Assembly (NCBI GenBank): GCA_965368975.1
Contig: CBDUPA010000006.1
Location: 222,511-286,510, forward strand
Reading direction: 5' to 3'
DNA: 64,000 nt
DNA from: an uncultured bacterium
GTDB lineage: Bacteria; Acidobacteriota; Thermoanaerobaculia; Multivoradales; JAHZIX01
Shown: piece by piece, positions 30,341-39,099 of the stretch
How the letters are laid out: each line of letters opens with the position of its first letter
Position numbering within the stretch: position 1 is the stretch's first letter
The notes under the pieces: generated by a model
Told to the model about the DNA's origin: nothing
Database searches by the model: none
The model's input: the letters and a program-made list of their open reading frames with translations, nothing else
Program-made: the position numbers and the translations under genes

Positions 30341-31636
30341 TTACCGGCGGCGTTCGGCCGCCAGGCGGGCGACCGGTACGGCCAGGAGGAGCGTCAAGAT
30401 ACCCGCGAGCACGGCCAGCAGCGCCTCGTTGGGCAAAGGCATGCCGGTCGCGCCCGCGAACGCCTTGGCAATGCCGACGACGCCGAGCAGTACCGTCGCC
30501 GCTACCACCGGCGCCAAGAGCACGTTGGCGAATCTGCTGTTGAGTGCGTCGCCCATCAGCTTGCGGTCGTTGACCGTCAGTAGCAGGAAGACCGCCACCA
30601 GAGGTAGCAGAATGCCGTTGAGCGCCTGCGCAAGCAGAATCGCCGGCACCGGACGGACATCGGCCAGTCCGAAGCCGATACCAACCGCCAGGACCGCCAG
30701 CCAGACGCCGCGGAAGCGCAGTGAAGTTGGTGCCCAGCTCTCATCTTCCTCCGAAGAGGCGAAGAGGCTGCGCGCGGTGACCGCCGCGGCCAGCGGCGCC
30801 GTCACTGCCGACGACAAGCCCGCAGCCAGCAAGCCGGCTGCGAACAGTGTGCGTGCCCACGGACCCAGGCGCGCGTCGAGCACCGCGGCCAGCGCGTCGA
30901 ACGAGAAATTCCCTTGCACCGCCGTGCCGACCACCAGGATGCCCATCGAGATGAGGCCGCCCAGGAAGACCGCCACCGCCAGACCCAGGCGGACCTCGCC
31001 CAGCGTCTGGTCACGCGCCAGGCCGGAGCCCAGGAAGAGGTTGTAGGGCACCACCGTCGTGCCGACCAGGCCGATCACCAGCAACCCGGCGCCATTCGGC
31101 AGGCTGGGCACTATCAAGCCGCGTACGAGGTCGGAGAGCGGCGGTGCCAGGCGTATCGAGGTGACCAGGAACGCGACGCTCATCACCGCCACCAGCAAGC
31201 TCAAGCTCGGCGCCACCTGGCGCGGCGACCCGAGGCCGAGCAGCAACACCGCGACGCCGCCGCACAACAGCGTCAAGGTGGTACGCGACAGGTCCCAGCC
31301 CAGTGCCGCACCCGCCACGCCGCCCAGAATGTTGCCTGCCTCGTAGGCGGCGCAGCCCAGCACGATGGCGCCAAGCACTACCGCCAACACGATCACGCCC
31401 TTCCAGCCCCCTTGGTAGCGGGCGCGCAGAGCCTGTCCCAGATTGCGTCCCGAGGCGACCGTCAAGCGTGCGCTGGCCTCCTGCAGCACCAGGCAGGCGA
31501 TGGTCGAGAAGCCGAGTGCCCACAGCAGAGCATAGCCATGCCCTGCCCCCGCGGACGCCGCCGTGGCCACCGTGCCGGGGCCAATAAAGGCTGCAGCGAT
31601 GATCGACCAGAAGAGGATGGAGAGTAGTTTCCTCAA
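30341..31636 (-). CDS. NRAMP-like divalent cation transporter family protein
   Basis: AAFIGPGTV..A..AGA..GY.LLW, GTTVVPYNLFL, and about 11 TMs. Confidence 0.85.
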   Translation of the reverse strand: MRKLLSILFWSIIAAAFIGPGTVATAASAGAGHGYALLWALGFSTIACLVLQEASARLTVASGRNLGQALRARYQGGWKGVIVLAVVLGAIVLGCAAYEAGNILGGVAGAALGWDLSRTTLTLLCGGVAVLLLGLGSPRQVAPSLSLLVAVMSVAFLVTSIRLAPPLSDLVRGLIVPSLPNGAGLLVIGLVGTTVVPYNLFLGSGLARDQTLGEVRLGLAVAVFLGGLISMGILVVGTAVQGNFSFDALAAVLDARLGPWARTLFAAGLLAAGLSSAVTAPLAAAVTARSLFASSEEDESWAPTSLRFRGVWLAVLAVGIGFGLADVRPVPAILLAQALNGILLPLVAVFLLLTVNDRKLMGDALNSRFANVLLAPVVAATVLLGVVGIAKAFAGATGMPLPNEALLAVLAGILTLLLAVPVARLAAERRR

Positions 31637-31661
31637 GACGATTCCCTCAAGACGACATATC

Positions 31662-32864
31662 TCACCGCAGCTTCACCCCATACGGCTTGAGCGCCTGACG
31701 CGCGACGACCGTCTTGTGGACCTCGTCCGGTCCATCGTAAATGCGTGCGCCGCGTTCCTGAGTGTAAAACCAGGAGAGCACCGTATCGTCCGTGACGCCC
31801 AGCGCTCCGTGCACCTGCACCGCGCGGTCGATCACGCGCATCATCACGCCGGCAACATAGAACTTGATCGTGGAAATGAAGGGTCGAGCTGCTCTAGCGC
31901 CGTTGCGGTCGATCTCCCACGCCGCGCGCAGCACCATCAGCCGCGACGCATCGATCTCCGCCCGGCTCTCGGCAATCCAGTTCTGCACCGTCTGCCGCTG
32001 CGCCAGCGGTTCCCCGGGCGACAGCTCCCGGCTTGCCGCGCGCCGGCACATCAGGTCGAAGCTGCGCTCGCAGATACCAATCCAGCGCATGCAGTGGTGG
32101 ATGCGTCCCGGTCCAAGCCGGGCCTGGGCGATCGCGAAGCCGGCGCCCGCCAGGCCCAACAGGTTCGTGCGCGGCACCCGGCAATGCCGGTAGCGCACCT
32201 CCGCGTGACTCGCCCAGCCGTCACCCACGTGGCCGAATACCGGGATGTTGCGCACGAGCTCGAAACCTTCCGTGTCCGTCGGCACCAGAATCTGGCTCGC
32301 CCGCTGGTGCGCCGCCGCTTGCGGTTCCGTCACCGCCATCACCACCGCGAACGCGGCGCCGTCCGCCGAGCTGGTGAACCACTTGTGTCCGTCGATCACC
32401 CAATCGTCACCGTCAGTCACCGCGATGGTGTCCAGGTTGACCGGGTTCGAGCCCGCCAAGTGTGGCTCGGTCATCGAAAAACAGCTGCGGATGCGTCCGT
32501 CGAGCAGCGGCGCCAGGAAGCGCTCCTGCTGCGCCGGGGTCCCGTACTCGATCAGAATCTCCATGTTGCCCGCGTCCGGCGCCTGGCAATTGCAGGCGTA
32601 GTGCCCGAAGGGCGAGCGTCCCAGCTGCTCACTGAGCAAGCCATGCTCCAGCACCGACAACCCGAGCCCGCCATGCGTCGTCGGAATCTGCGGCAGCCAG
32701 AGCCCAAGCTCTCGCGCCATCTCACGCTTCGCGGCCAGCATCTTCTCGGCGGCGCTGAAGGGGCCGTGCAGGTACTCCGCCTCCAGCGGGATCAGCTCCG
32801 CGTCCACAAAGGTGCGGGCACGGTCAAGGAGCTGCTGCATCTCGGGCGAGGGGGCGAAGTTCAT
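31662..32864 (-). CDS. Acyl-CoA dehydrogenase family protein
   Basis: Start at ATG 32864 (MNFAPS). NCQAPDAGNME, FSMTEP, GHKWF, RLGPGRIHHCMR, RIYDGPDEVH. Confidence 0.93.
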   Translation of the reverse strand: MNFAPSPEMQQLLDRARTFVDAELIPLEAEYLHGPFSAAEKMLAAKREMARELGLWLPQIPTTHGGLGLSVLEHGLLSEQLGRSPFGHYACNCQAPDAGNMEILIEYGTPAQQERFLAPLLDGRIRSCFSMTEPHLAGSNPVNLDTIAVTDGDDWVIDGHKWFTSSADGAAFAVVMAVTEPQAAAHQRASQILVPTDTEGFELVRNIPVFGHVGDGWASHAEVRYRHCRVPRTNLLGLAGAGFAIAQARLGPGRIHHCMRWIGICERSFDLMCRRAASRELSPGEPLAQRQTVQNWIAESRAEIDASRLMVLRAAWEIDRNGARAARPFISTIKFYVAGVMMRVIDRAVQVHGALGVTDDTVLSWFYTQERGARIYDGPDEVHKTVVARQALKPYGVKLR

Positions 32865-33808
32865 GGAGCGTCTCCGGGGCCGTCGTTCAGCGTGATGCGG
32901 ATGGCGTCGCGGACGGCTTGCCAGGTCTCGGGGCTGGGGGAGCCGGAGCGGAGGTCGGCGAGGGTGGCTTCGTCCAAGTTGGCGCCCTGTTGGTTGGCGA
33001 GAGAAGCGGCGCGGACGAGGTAGTCGGGATGGTCGATCAGGTGCTCGGGGTCTTCGCGGTGGCTCAGGAGATGAGCCCAGGCGATCCACTGGCCGAAGTC
33101 GAAGGCGTCGCGCAGGGCAGGGTCTGAATCGATCTTGCTTTCGATTCTTTCAGCCCCGTCTGCGAGGGTTTCCTGGGTCTCGAGAGATTCCCAGAGGCCG
33201 CCTCGATCATCCCAGTCGTCGCTCGAGGTCAAGTTCCGAATGAGCTGGAATTCGATCCCCACATCTGGAGTCTCGGCCGCCAAAGTCCACCTCCATTCGA
33301 CGAGTCGAACCCCCAGCCGGAAGGCAGCTCTCCGGTTGACACTGGTCGGCACATACCCCGTCCGGCTGCGTGTCCGGTTCCAGTCGTGCGCGAACTCGAG
33401 ATCCCCAAGTTCTTCTACCCCGGGTGATGCTGGTGTCGAAGCTCCCGTCAGCCAGCGCAAGGTCGGCGTCTGCAGCAGCAAGACCGTCAAGCCCGCCGCC
33501 ACCAGAGTCCCGATCATCCAGAACCGCGACGAGCGAGGAAACCTCAGGACATTGTCCGGCCGACCTCCCCCCTCAGTGGATTCCATCGGCCCTGACGCGC
33601 CGTCCCAGGCTTCTTCTTCGGCCTGGAACGCTGCCGCATCCGCGAAGACCTCCGCGCAGTCCCCACAGCGCGCCAGGTGCGCCACCACGCGCGCCTTGAC
33701 GTCCCCTTCCAGCCGTCCTTCCAAGAAGGCGGCCAGCTGCTGCGCATCCGGATGCTCCGGTGGCGGCGTGGTCGGGGTGCCCGTAGGGGCTGAGGTGGTC
33801 GTCGTCAA
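32861..33808 (-). CDS. zf-HC2 (ZAS) anti-sigma factor with one TM
   Basis: HP...LAAFLEG...HLARCGDC followed by a TM; directly downstream of an ECF sigma. Confidence 0.85.
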   Translation of the reverse strand: MTTTTSAPTGTPTTPPPEHPDAQQLAAFLEGRLEGDVKARVVAHLARCGDCAEVFADAAAFQAEEEAWDGASGPMESTEGGGRPDNVLRFPRSSRFWMIGTLVAAGLTVLLLQTPTLRWLTGASTPASPGVEELGDLEFAHDWNRTRSRTGYVPTSVNRRAAFRLGVRLVEWRWTLAAETPDVGIEFQLIRNLTSSDDWDDRGGLWESLETQETLADGAERIESKIDSDPALRDAFDFGQWIAWAHLLSHREDPEHLIDHPDYLVRAASLANQQGANLDEATLADLRSGSPSPETWQAVRDAIRITLNDGPGDAP

Positions 33809-33843
33809 GTCAAAGTCTCCTCGTACAGCGCAACCCGTGGATC

Positions 33844-34713
33844 CTACCCTGTTTCCTGGTGGTGAGCTCGAGAGCCGTCTTCTGCTGCGCCAAGCACCAC
33901 ATGAATCTCGCCCCCGCTCCAGCCCAGTGTTTCCAGGACCGCCTCACCTTCTAGCCCGGCGGCCTCCAGATGTCGGCGCAGAACCCGCAAACACTTGTCC
34001 ATCCGGCTGTACATCGACCGCTGTTTGAGTTCCAGCGTGCGTGCGATCAGCGCCAGCGTCATTCCCTGGCGGAAGTGCAGCTCCAGCAGCAGCCGGTCGT
34101 CATCGTCCAGTGTCGTGAGCGCTTCCTCCAAGGCCACTTGCGTTCGTTCCTGCGTCGACGCCCGCTCCGCGTCCCGCAAGCCTTGTTGCGGATCACCTGC
34201 GGAGTCCGTTCCAGCCGGCAGACGCTCCAGCGTCTCCTCCCCCAAGTACTGCCGAGGCGGCCGTTCCGGCAGCTGCGCTGCGATGTCGCGCAGCTGCGCC
34301 GCCGTCTCGTCTACTTGGAAATTCGTCCGCAAGACCTCGATCGCCTCCTCCACCGTGTACCGGTCGCGCACCACCAAGCGTTCCAGTCTCACCGCCGCTT
34401 CCCCCAAACGCCGCGCCGCCACCGTCGGCCGCCACTTGCCCCAGCGGCTGTTGCGGAAGTCGCGCGACAGGTTCTGCACCACCGTGTTGAGGTAAGTCGT
34501 AAAAGCGCTCTCGCCCCGGAACTTCCTCAGAATTCCGTATTCGTCCTCTATTAGCTTGAGATGGACATAGGAGCGGAATTCCTCGCACAGGTCGCCAAGC
34601 AGGCCATGGCGTCGGCATGCAAAGGCCACGATGCGCTCGAGTCGATCCAGATGCTCGACGAACAGCGCTTCCGCGTCGGACTTCGTGCGGACGGAGGGAG
34701 AAGAGGGCGTCAC
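33844..34713 (-). CDS. ECF-type RNA polymerase sigma factor (module 1)
   Basis: Region 2 (FRGESAFTTYL..VV.N..RDF) and region 4 (L...DRLLL.L.F..G......IA..L), with an internal insertion. Confidence 0.9.
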   Translation of the reverse strand: MTPSSPSVRTKSDAEALFVEHLDRLERIVAFACRRHGLLGDLCEEFRSYVHLKLIEDEYGILRKFRGESAFTTYLNTVVQNLSRDFRNSRWGKWRPTVAARRLGEAAVRLERLVVRDRYTVEEAIEVLRTNFQVDETAAQLRDIAAQLPERPPRQYLGEETLERLPAGTDSAGDPQQGLRDAERASTQERTQVALEEALTTLDDDDRLLLELHFRQGMTLALIARTLELKQRSMYSRMDKCLRVLRRHLEAAGLEGEAVLETLGWSGGEIHVVLGAAEDGSRAHHQETG

Positions 34714-34746
34714 GAGCGGATTCTAATGGAATTGAAATCAGGACTG

Positions 34747-34771
34747 GTAATTCCGGTTCGGTGTCCGTCTC
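34747..34771 (+). promoter_or_regulatory. Putative ECF promoter GTAAT-N10-TGTCCGTCTC upstream of CHAT gene 1
   Basis: gtaat tccggttcgg tgtccgtctc; the same motif and spacing recur at 39030..39054. Confidence 0.55.
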
Positions 34772-34859
34772 TCCGCGAATGGTATGCTGCGCGAAGCCGA
34801 AATTCTTTCAGTTGTGTTAACGCCCCTTGCTCAGGTCTTGGCGATGTCAGAAGGATTCC

Positions 34860-37800
34860 ATGAGTTATCGCGTCTTTGCAGGCTGTTTCACTGTTGCACT
34901 TTCGGTCGTGGGTTGGGCGCTGCTACGACCGTCCGGTCCGGAGGTGCCCGCACGGACAACGTTGCTGCGTGTGAGTCTCGACCAGGAGCACGCGCTCTGT
35001 CTGCCCAGTCTGGACACCCGGCGTTCGTTGCCGGAGTACGACTGTGAAGCTGGCCATCTGCAACGTAGGGCCCGGCCGACCCGCACCCGCGGTGGAGCCA
35101 CTTTCGCGGATCCACATGCCGACGGCGTTTCCGACCTGGTCTACTCTCCCAAGTACCCAGATCTGTTGGCCCACGCCGTGCGCAAGCTGGAGGATGCTAT
35201 CTACGTGGTGGAGGCCGACCCTGTGGCGACTGCACAGCGCTTCAACGATCTGGCGGCGGCCTACTTCCAGCGCGCCCTGCAGCGCGACGCCCCCCTCGAC
35301 CTGCTGCGCTCCCTGGACGCCCTTGAGCAAGCGCACGGCCTCGATCCGGATAGCGCCTATATCCACTTCAATCGCGCTACCGTGCTGCAGTTGCTCAACC
35401 TGCGTCACCGCGCCGTCGAAGCTTGGCAGCGCTACTTGCAGCTGGACACCGCCGCGCCGTGGGCAGACGAGGCGCGCGAGATGCTCGAGGTGGCGCAGCT
35501 CGACCCCTACGAAGCGTGGAGTTCACAAGCGGTCGAGGCGGCGATCGATGCTGGGGATGTCCAGAGTCTGGACATGCTGCTCGCCGGTTATGAAGGTCGA
35601 GCCCGCGAACTGGTGGACCTGTGGTTGCAAGACTGGGCTGGGAACCAGCTCGACGGCAAGGAAGCACTGGCGGTCGAGGCGCTACGGCGAGCAGAGGTGC
35701 TGGCGCAGTGGGTCGCCGCAGCGAATGGCGATACCTGGGCCGGAGATGTAGTGCGCATCGTCCAGGAGGCCGAAGGCGCGACCGCCTCCGCACTAGCCGA
35801 AGCGCATCGGCTGTACCAAGAGGCCCTCCCTCTGCTCACTCGGGACAGCGCTGCGGCTCTTGCCGGCCTGCGCGCAGCCCGCGACCGCTTCCAGGCCGCC
35901 GGTCATCCCGGCGCGCTTCGAGCCCAGCTGTACATCGATCTCGGTGTCCACTTCTTCGACGAGGAGAACAAGAACCTACCCGCCCTGCGTGCCGCCTACC
36001 AGCAGCTCCGCGCGCGCTGCGCCCCTGCCTACCTCCACTTCCTGGTCGAGCTGGACCTGCTCGAAGCTCTGGCGCACATGCAGGAGTTTCAGCTCGCCGC
36101 CGCGCGGGCGCTCCTGGTTCCCGCCCTGGAGGAGGCGGTCCGTTTGGGTGAGTTCGGTCTGGAACGTCAGGGGCGGGCCTACCTCGCTGAGCTGCAAGAC
36201 TGGCTCGGTGATCCCGAGGCTGCCTGGACCACTCGCTTCGCCAACCTCACCTTCCTCGACCGCTACCGGCCCGAAGGCGTACACGAGGTTCTCGCCGAAG
36301 CCGCCTTCAGCCTGGCGCGCGCCGAGATGCCCCATGCGGCACTGCAGTTTCTGGAAGAAGCCGAGGCGCGTCTCGACCTGACGCAGAGGGACGACCTGCA
36401 GATCCTCCCCTTGCTGCGGCGCGCGCAGCTGTCCGCCCAGCTGGCGCGCTTCGCGGCAGCCGAGGGGAGCTTGCACCGTGGTCGCGCCTACCTGGACGCC
36501 GTCGGCCCCGAGCTGCGACCGCGCTACGAGGCTGAGATCGGTATGCTCGAGGCGCTGCTGCACCGCGAGGAGGATCCCGAGGCGGCCCTCCGTGCTCTGG
36601 ACCGCGTGATCGAGGCCTTCGAGGGCACGAATCGCATCCTGCAGCTGGAAGCCCAGCTGGCCCGCGGCGACCTGCTCGCCCGCCAGGGCGCCCCGCTGGC
36701 CGCCGTCCAAGATCTGCAAGCCGCGCTCGACACCTACCGCGAGCTGCGGGCGAGCGACGAGCTCGATTCGTGGACCCGCCTGCGCTTCTTCGAGCAGAGC
36801 CGCGCCGGTTTCGAGAGCTTGATCCTCTGTTACCTGCAGCTCGAGGACCCCGCCGCCGCCCTCGAGGTCAGCGAGCAACTGCGCGCGCGGGTCCTCCTGG
36901 ACCAGACTCTCGGCAGTCTGCAGGGTCTCGACCCCGAGTCCGCCCGCGCCCAGCCCCTGAGTTCCAGCGACATCCTGGCGCGCCAGCCCGCTGGGGTCAC
37001 CGTGCTCTCCACCCTGGTCCTGCCGGACCGCCTAGTCGTCTTGCGTCTGCAGGAGGGGCGAGTCACCGTCAGCGATTTCACCGAGCCCTGGCTGCGCGGT
37101 CGTGATTTCCGAACCGGCCTGCGTCTGGCGGTGCAAGCGCAGCATCCGAGCTCTGGCAAGTCGCCGGCCGAGGTCACCGAAGCCGCGCGCTACGTTGCAC
37201 GCGCGCTAGGTGTCGACAGCACCACGCTGCCGCTGGACGGCTCCCTGGTAGTGATCCCCGACCACAGCCTGCATCAGCAACCCTTCGCCGCCCTGTATCT
37301 CTCGGACGGCTCGGAAACCGGCGACGAGCTGTTGGTCCAGCGCCATTCCGTCGGAGTCGCGCTCAGCCTCTCCCTGCTGTTGCAGAGCCCTTCCGGCACC
37401 CCCAGCCGCTGGCAGCGCTTGGTGGCGGAGTCCGAGGTTGGCGAATCCGTCTCGGCGTTGATCGTGGGTAATCCCGCCATGGCCGAGTCTCTCGAAGCCG
37501 CCGAAGAGGAAGCCCGCCAGATCGCCGCCCTGTACCCGAACTCCACCCTGCTGCTCGGTCCTCAAGCCACCCGCGACGCCGTACTCGGCGCCCTGGCCAC
37601 GAGCCCCCGCGTGGTGCACCTGGCGACCCACGGGTTCAGCAATATCCACCAGCCGCAGCAGGCCTACCTCCAGCTGGCTGAGCAAGGCGACGCCGAGGAC
37701 CGGCTCTCGGCTGCCGACCTCTATTCGCTGCAACTGCCCACCACCGATCTGGTGGTCCTGGCGGCCTGCGATACCGGCGTTGGCGATTTCGACAGCGTTG

Positions 37801-38045
37801 AAGGCCCGTTACACCTGGCGCGTCCCTTCGTGGCGTCCGGTGTGCCGTACGTGGTGGCAACGCTGTGGAAGGTGGACGACGAGGTGGCGCAGCGGGTGAT
37901 GGTGGAGTTTCATCGAGAACTGCGTCGCGGCATCGAGCCGCGGCAGGCGCTGCGGGCGGCGCAGCGCGTCGCCCTGGCCCAGTTAGTCGATGCTGACGAC
38001 AAAGCCGACGTGGCGGCGATCGTCCTGATCGAGTCCGGGAGCTAG
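34860..38045 (+). CDS. TPR-CHAT domain protein (caspase-like protease), module 1
   Basis: N-terminal hydrophobic anchor from ATG 34860, TPR-like helices, and CHAT motifs VIPD..L...PFAAL, HLATHG (His), LAACDTG (Cys), TLWKVDD. Confidence 0.92.
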   Translation: MSYRVFAGCFTVALSVVGWALLRPSGPEVPARTTLLRVSLDQEHALCLPSLDTRRSLPEYDCEAGHLQRRARPTRTRGGATFADPHADGVSDLVYSPKYPDLLAHAVRKLEDAIYVVEADPVATAQRFNDLAAAYFQRALQRDAPLDLLRSLDALEQAHGLDPDSAYIHFNRATVLQLLNLRHRAVEAWQRYLQLDTAAPWADEAREMLEVAQLDPYEAWSSQAVEAAIDAGDVQSLDMLLAGYEGRARELVDLWLQDWAGNQLDGKEALAVEALRRAEVLAQWVAAANGDTWAGDVVRIVQEAEGATASALAEAHRLYQEALPLLTRDSAAALAGLRAARDRFQAAGHPGALRAQLYIDLGVHFFDEENKNLPALRAAYQQLRARCAPAYLHFLVELDLLEALAHMQEFQLAAARALLVPALEEAVRLGEFGLERQGRAYLAELQDWLGDPEAAWTTRFANLTFLDRYRPEGVHEVLAEAAFSLARAEMPHAALQFLEEAEARLDLTQRDDLQILPLLRRAQLSAQLARFAAAEGSLHRGRAYLDAVGPELRPRYEAEIGMLEALLHREEDPEAALRALDRVIEAFEGTNRILQLEAQLARGDLLARQGAPLAAVQDLQAALDTYRELRASDELDSWTRLRFFEQSRAGFESLILCYLQLEDPAAALEVSEQLRARVLLDQTLGSLQGLDPESARAQPLSSSDILARQPAGVTVLSTLVLPDRLVVLRLQEGRVTVSDFTEPWLRGRDFRTGLRLAVQAQHPSSGKSPAEVTEAARYVARALGVDSTTLPLDGSLVVIPDHSLHQQPFAALYLSDGSETGDELLVQRHSVGVALSLSLLLQSPSGTPSRWQRLVAESEVGESVSALIVGNPAMAESLEAAEEEARQIAALYPNSTLLLGPQATRDAVLGALATSPRVVHLATHGFSNIHQPQQAYLQLAEQGDAEDRLSAADLYSLQLPTTDLVVLAACDTGVGDFDSVEGPLHLARPFVASGVPYVVATLWKVDDEVAQRVMVEFHRELRRGIEPRQALRAAQRVALAQLVDADDKADVAAIVLIESGS

Positions 38046-38084
38046 CCGGGGCGGTTCAATGGTTGGATTAGAAAGGAGTCTGCA

Positions 38085-39023
38085 ATGGTTGCTTTGGAAG
38101 TGATTCTTTCCGGCTTGTTGATCGTGTCCCCGGAAGTACCGGATACGAGTAACCCGCCGAAGTTTGGCAAGGTGCAAGTCTACATGGTCCAATCGTCAGC
38201 CCACCCTCACGATCCACAGCTACTGATTCCGCAGCAGTACATTCTTGACATGGCTTCACTGCCTACGTTCTGCGATTCAACGGAAGACCCGGTTGTCTGC
38301 AAAGTCTCGAACAAGATGGTTGAACTCCTGGGGCTGCAAGCCGGCAAGGTCGAGCTGGCAGGCAGCTCCCCTGTTTGCACGACGCCGTCGCCCTCGACCT
38401 GGGGAGATTTCTGCTACGTGCTGCCGATTAACCGTGTGCAGTACACGAGTGGTGCGGGGAACCCCAAGGTCGATGGACTGGACACGAGCAGAGTTGCGGC
38501 TCACACTAGCTCCAAGCTCACTCTAGAGTCCGGGGCTCTCTCGAGCGCTCACTGCCCTGTAGCCTACGAGGTCGAGTTCACTGCGGGAAGCCCACATCGG
38601 CAGACCCTGGCAGAGCATGCGCGGCTGCGGGTCCAGGTCGCCGCGGCTCCGAAGGTCGCGCTGAGTGATTCGAGCGGGACTCACGAAATCCAGTTGAAAG
38701 CGGACGCAGGAGCGATCTCTTTGGCGTACCACAACGCGGCCACTACCACGGGCTCTCATTTTGGGGCGTTCTTTCCATTGCTGAGACATGGTTTCGGGGC
38801 GGCCCACCCAAGGTTGAGCGGAGTTGCAAACCAGGTGGTGCCCCCGGCGACGCCCCCGCAACCGTCGCCTCTGTTGCCTGCTTGGTTTCAGTCCCGAGTC
38901 TGCGACTTCAGAATGCCTACTACGGCACCTGCTGCAACGGAACAAGCCCCCTTGGAGTTGTACTCCCTTACTGGATCCCTCTGCCCGCTCATCCGCGCCG
39001 ATCCAATTACCGATGGCGGTTAG
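38085..39023 (+). CDS. Hypothetical protein, paralog of 40874..41764
   Basis: AAAGGAG RBS; shares [L/F][S/T]GL, H.P.L, Q..A...R, F..F..L and C-terminal CP.IR motifs with the 296-aa ORF. Confidence 0.75.
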   Translation: MVALEVILSGLLIVSPEVPDTSNPPKFGKVQVYMVQSSAHPHDPQLLIPQQYILDMASLPTFCDSTEDPVVCKVSNKMVELLGLQAGKVELAGSSPVCTTPSPSTWGDFCYVLPINRVQYTSGAGNPKVDGLDTSRVAAHTSSKLTLESGALSSAHCPVAYEVEFTAGSPHRQTLAEHARLRVQVAAAPKVALSDSSGTHEIQLKADAGAISLAYHNAATTTGSHFGAFFPLLRHGFGAAHPRLSGVANQVVPPATPPQPSPLLPAWFQSRVCDFRMPTTAPAATEQAPLELYSLTGSLCPLIRADPITDGG

Positions 39024-39029
39024 AGGGCT

Positions 39030-39099
39030 GTAATCTCCCCTCGATGTCCGTCTCCAAGGTCGATTCAACCAAGGAACGACCTAAAAGGAGACGGACATC
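39030..39099 (+). promoter_or_regulatory. Putative ECF promoter overlapping a 13-bp inverted repeat that pairs with the RBS of 39100
   Basis: gtaat ctcccctcga tgtccgtctc; gatgtccgtctcc (39043-39055) is the exact reverse complement of ggagacggacatc (39087-39099). Confidence 0.6.

Noticed and set aside
31631-31656. Short direct repeat cctcaagacga x2 between the acyl-CoA dehydrogenase and NRAMP genes
   Set aside because: Only two copies and no associated element, so it cannot be called a target-site duplication or an operator.
34860-38045. TPR-CHAT genes as part of a type III-E CRISPR (Craspase) locus
   Set aside because: No Cas7-11, cas1 or array in the window; only the protease/sigma logic is analogous.
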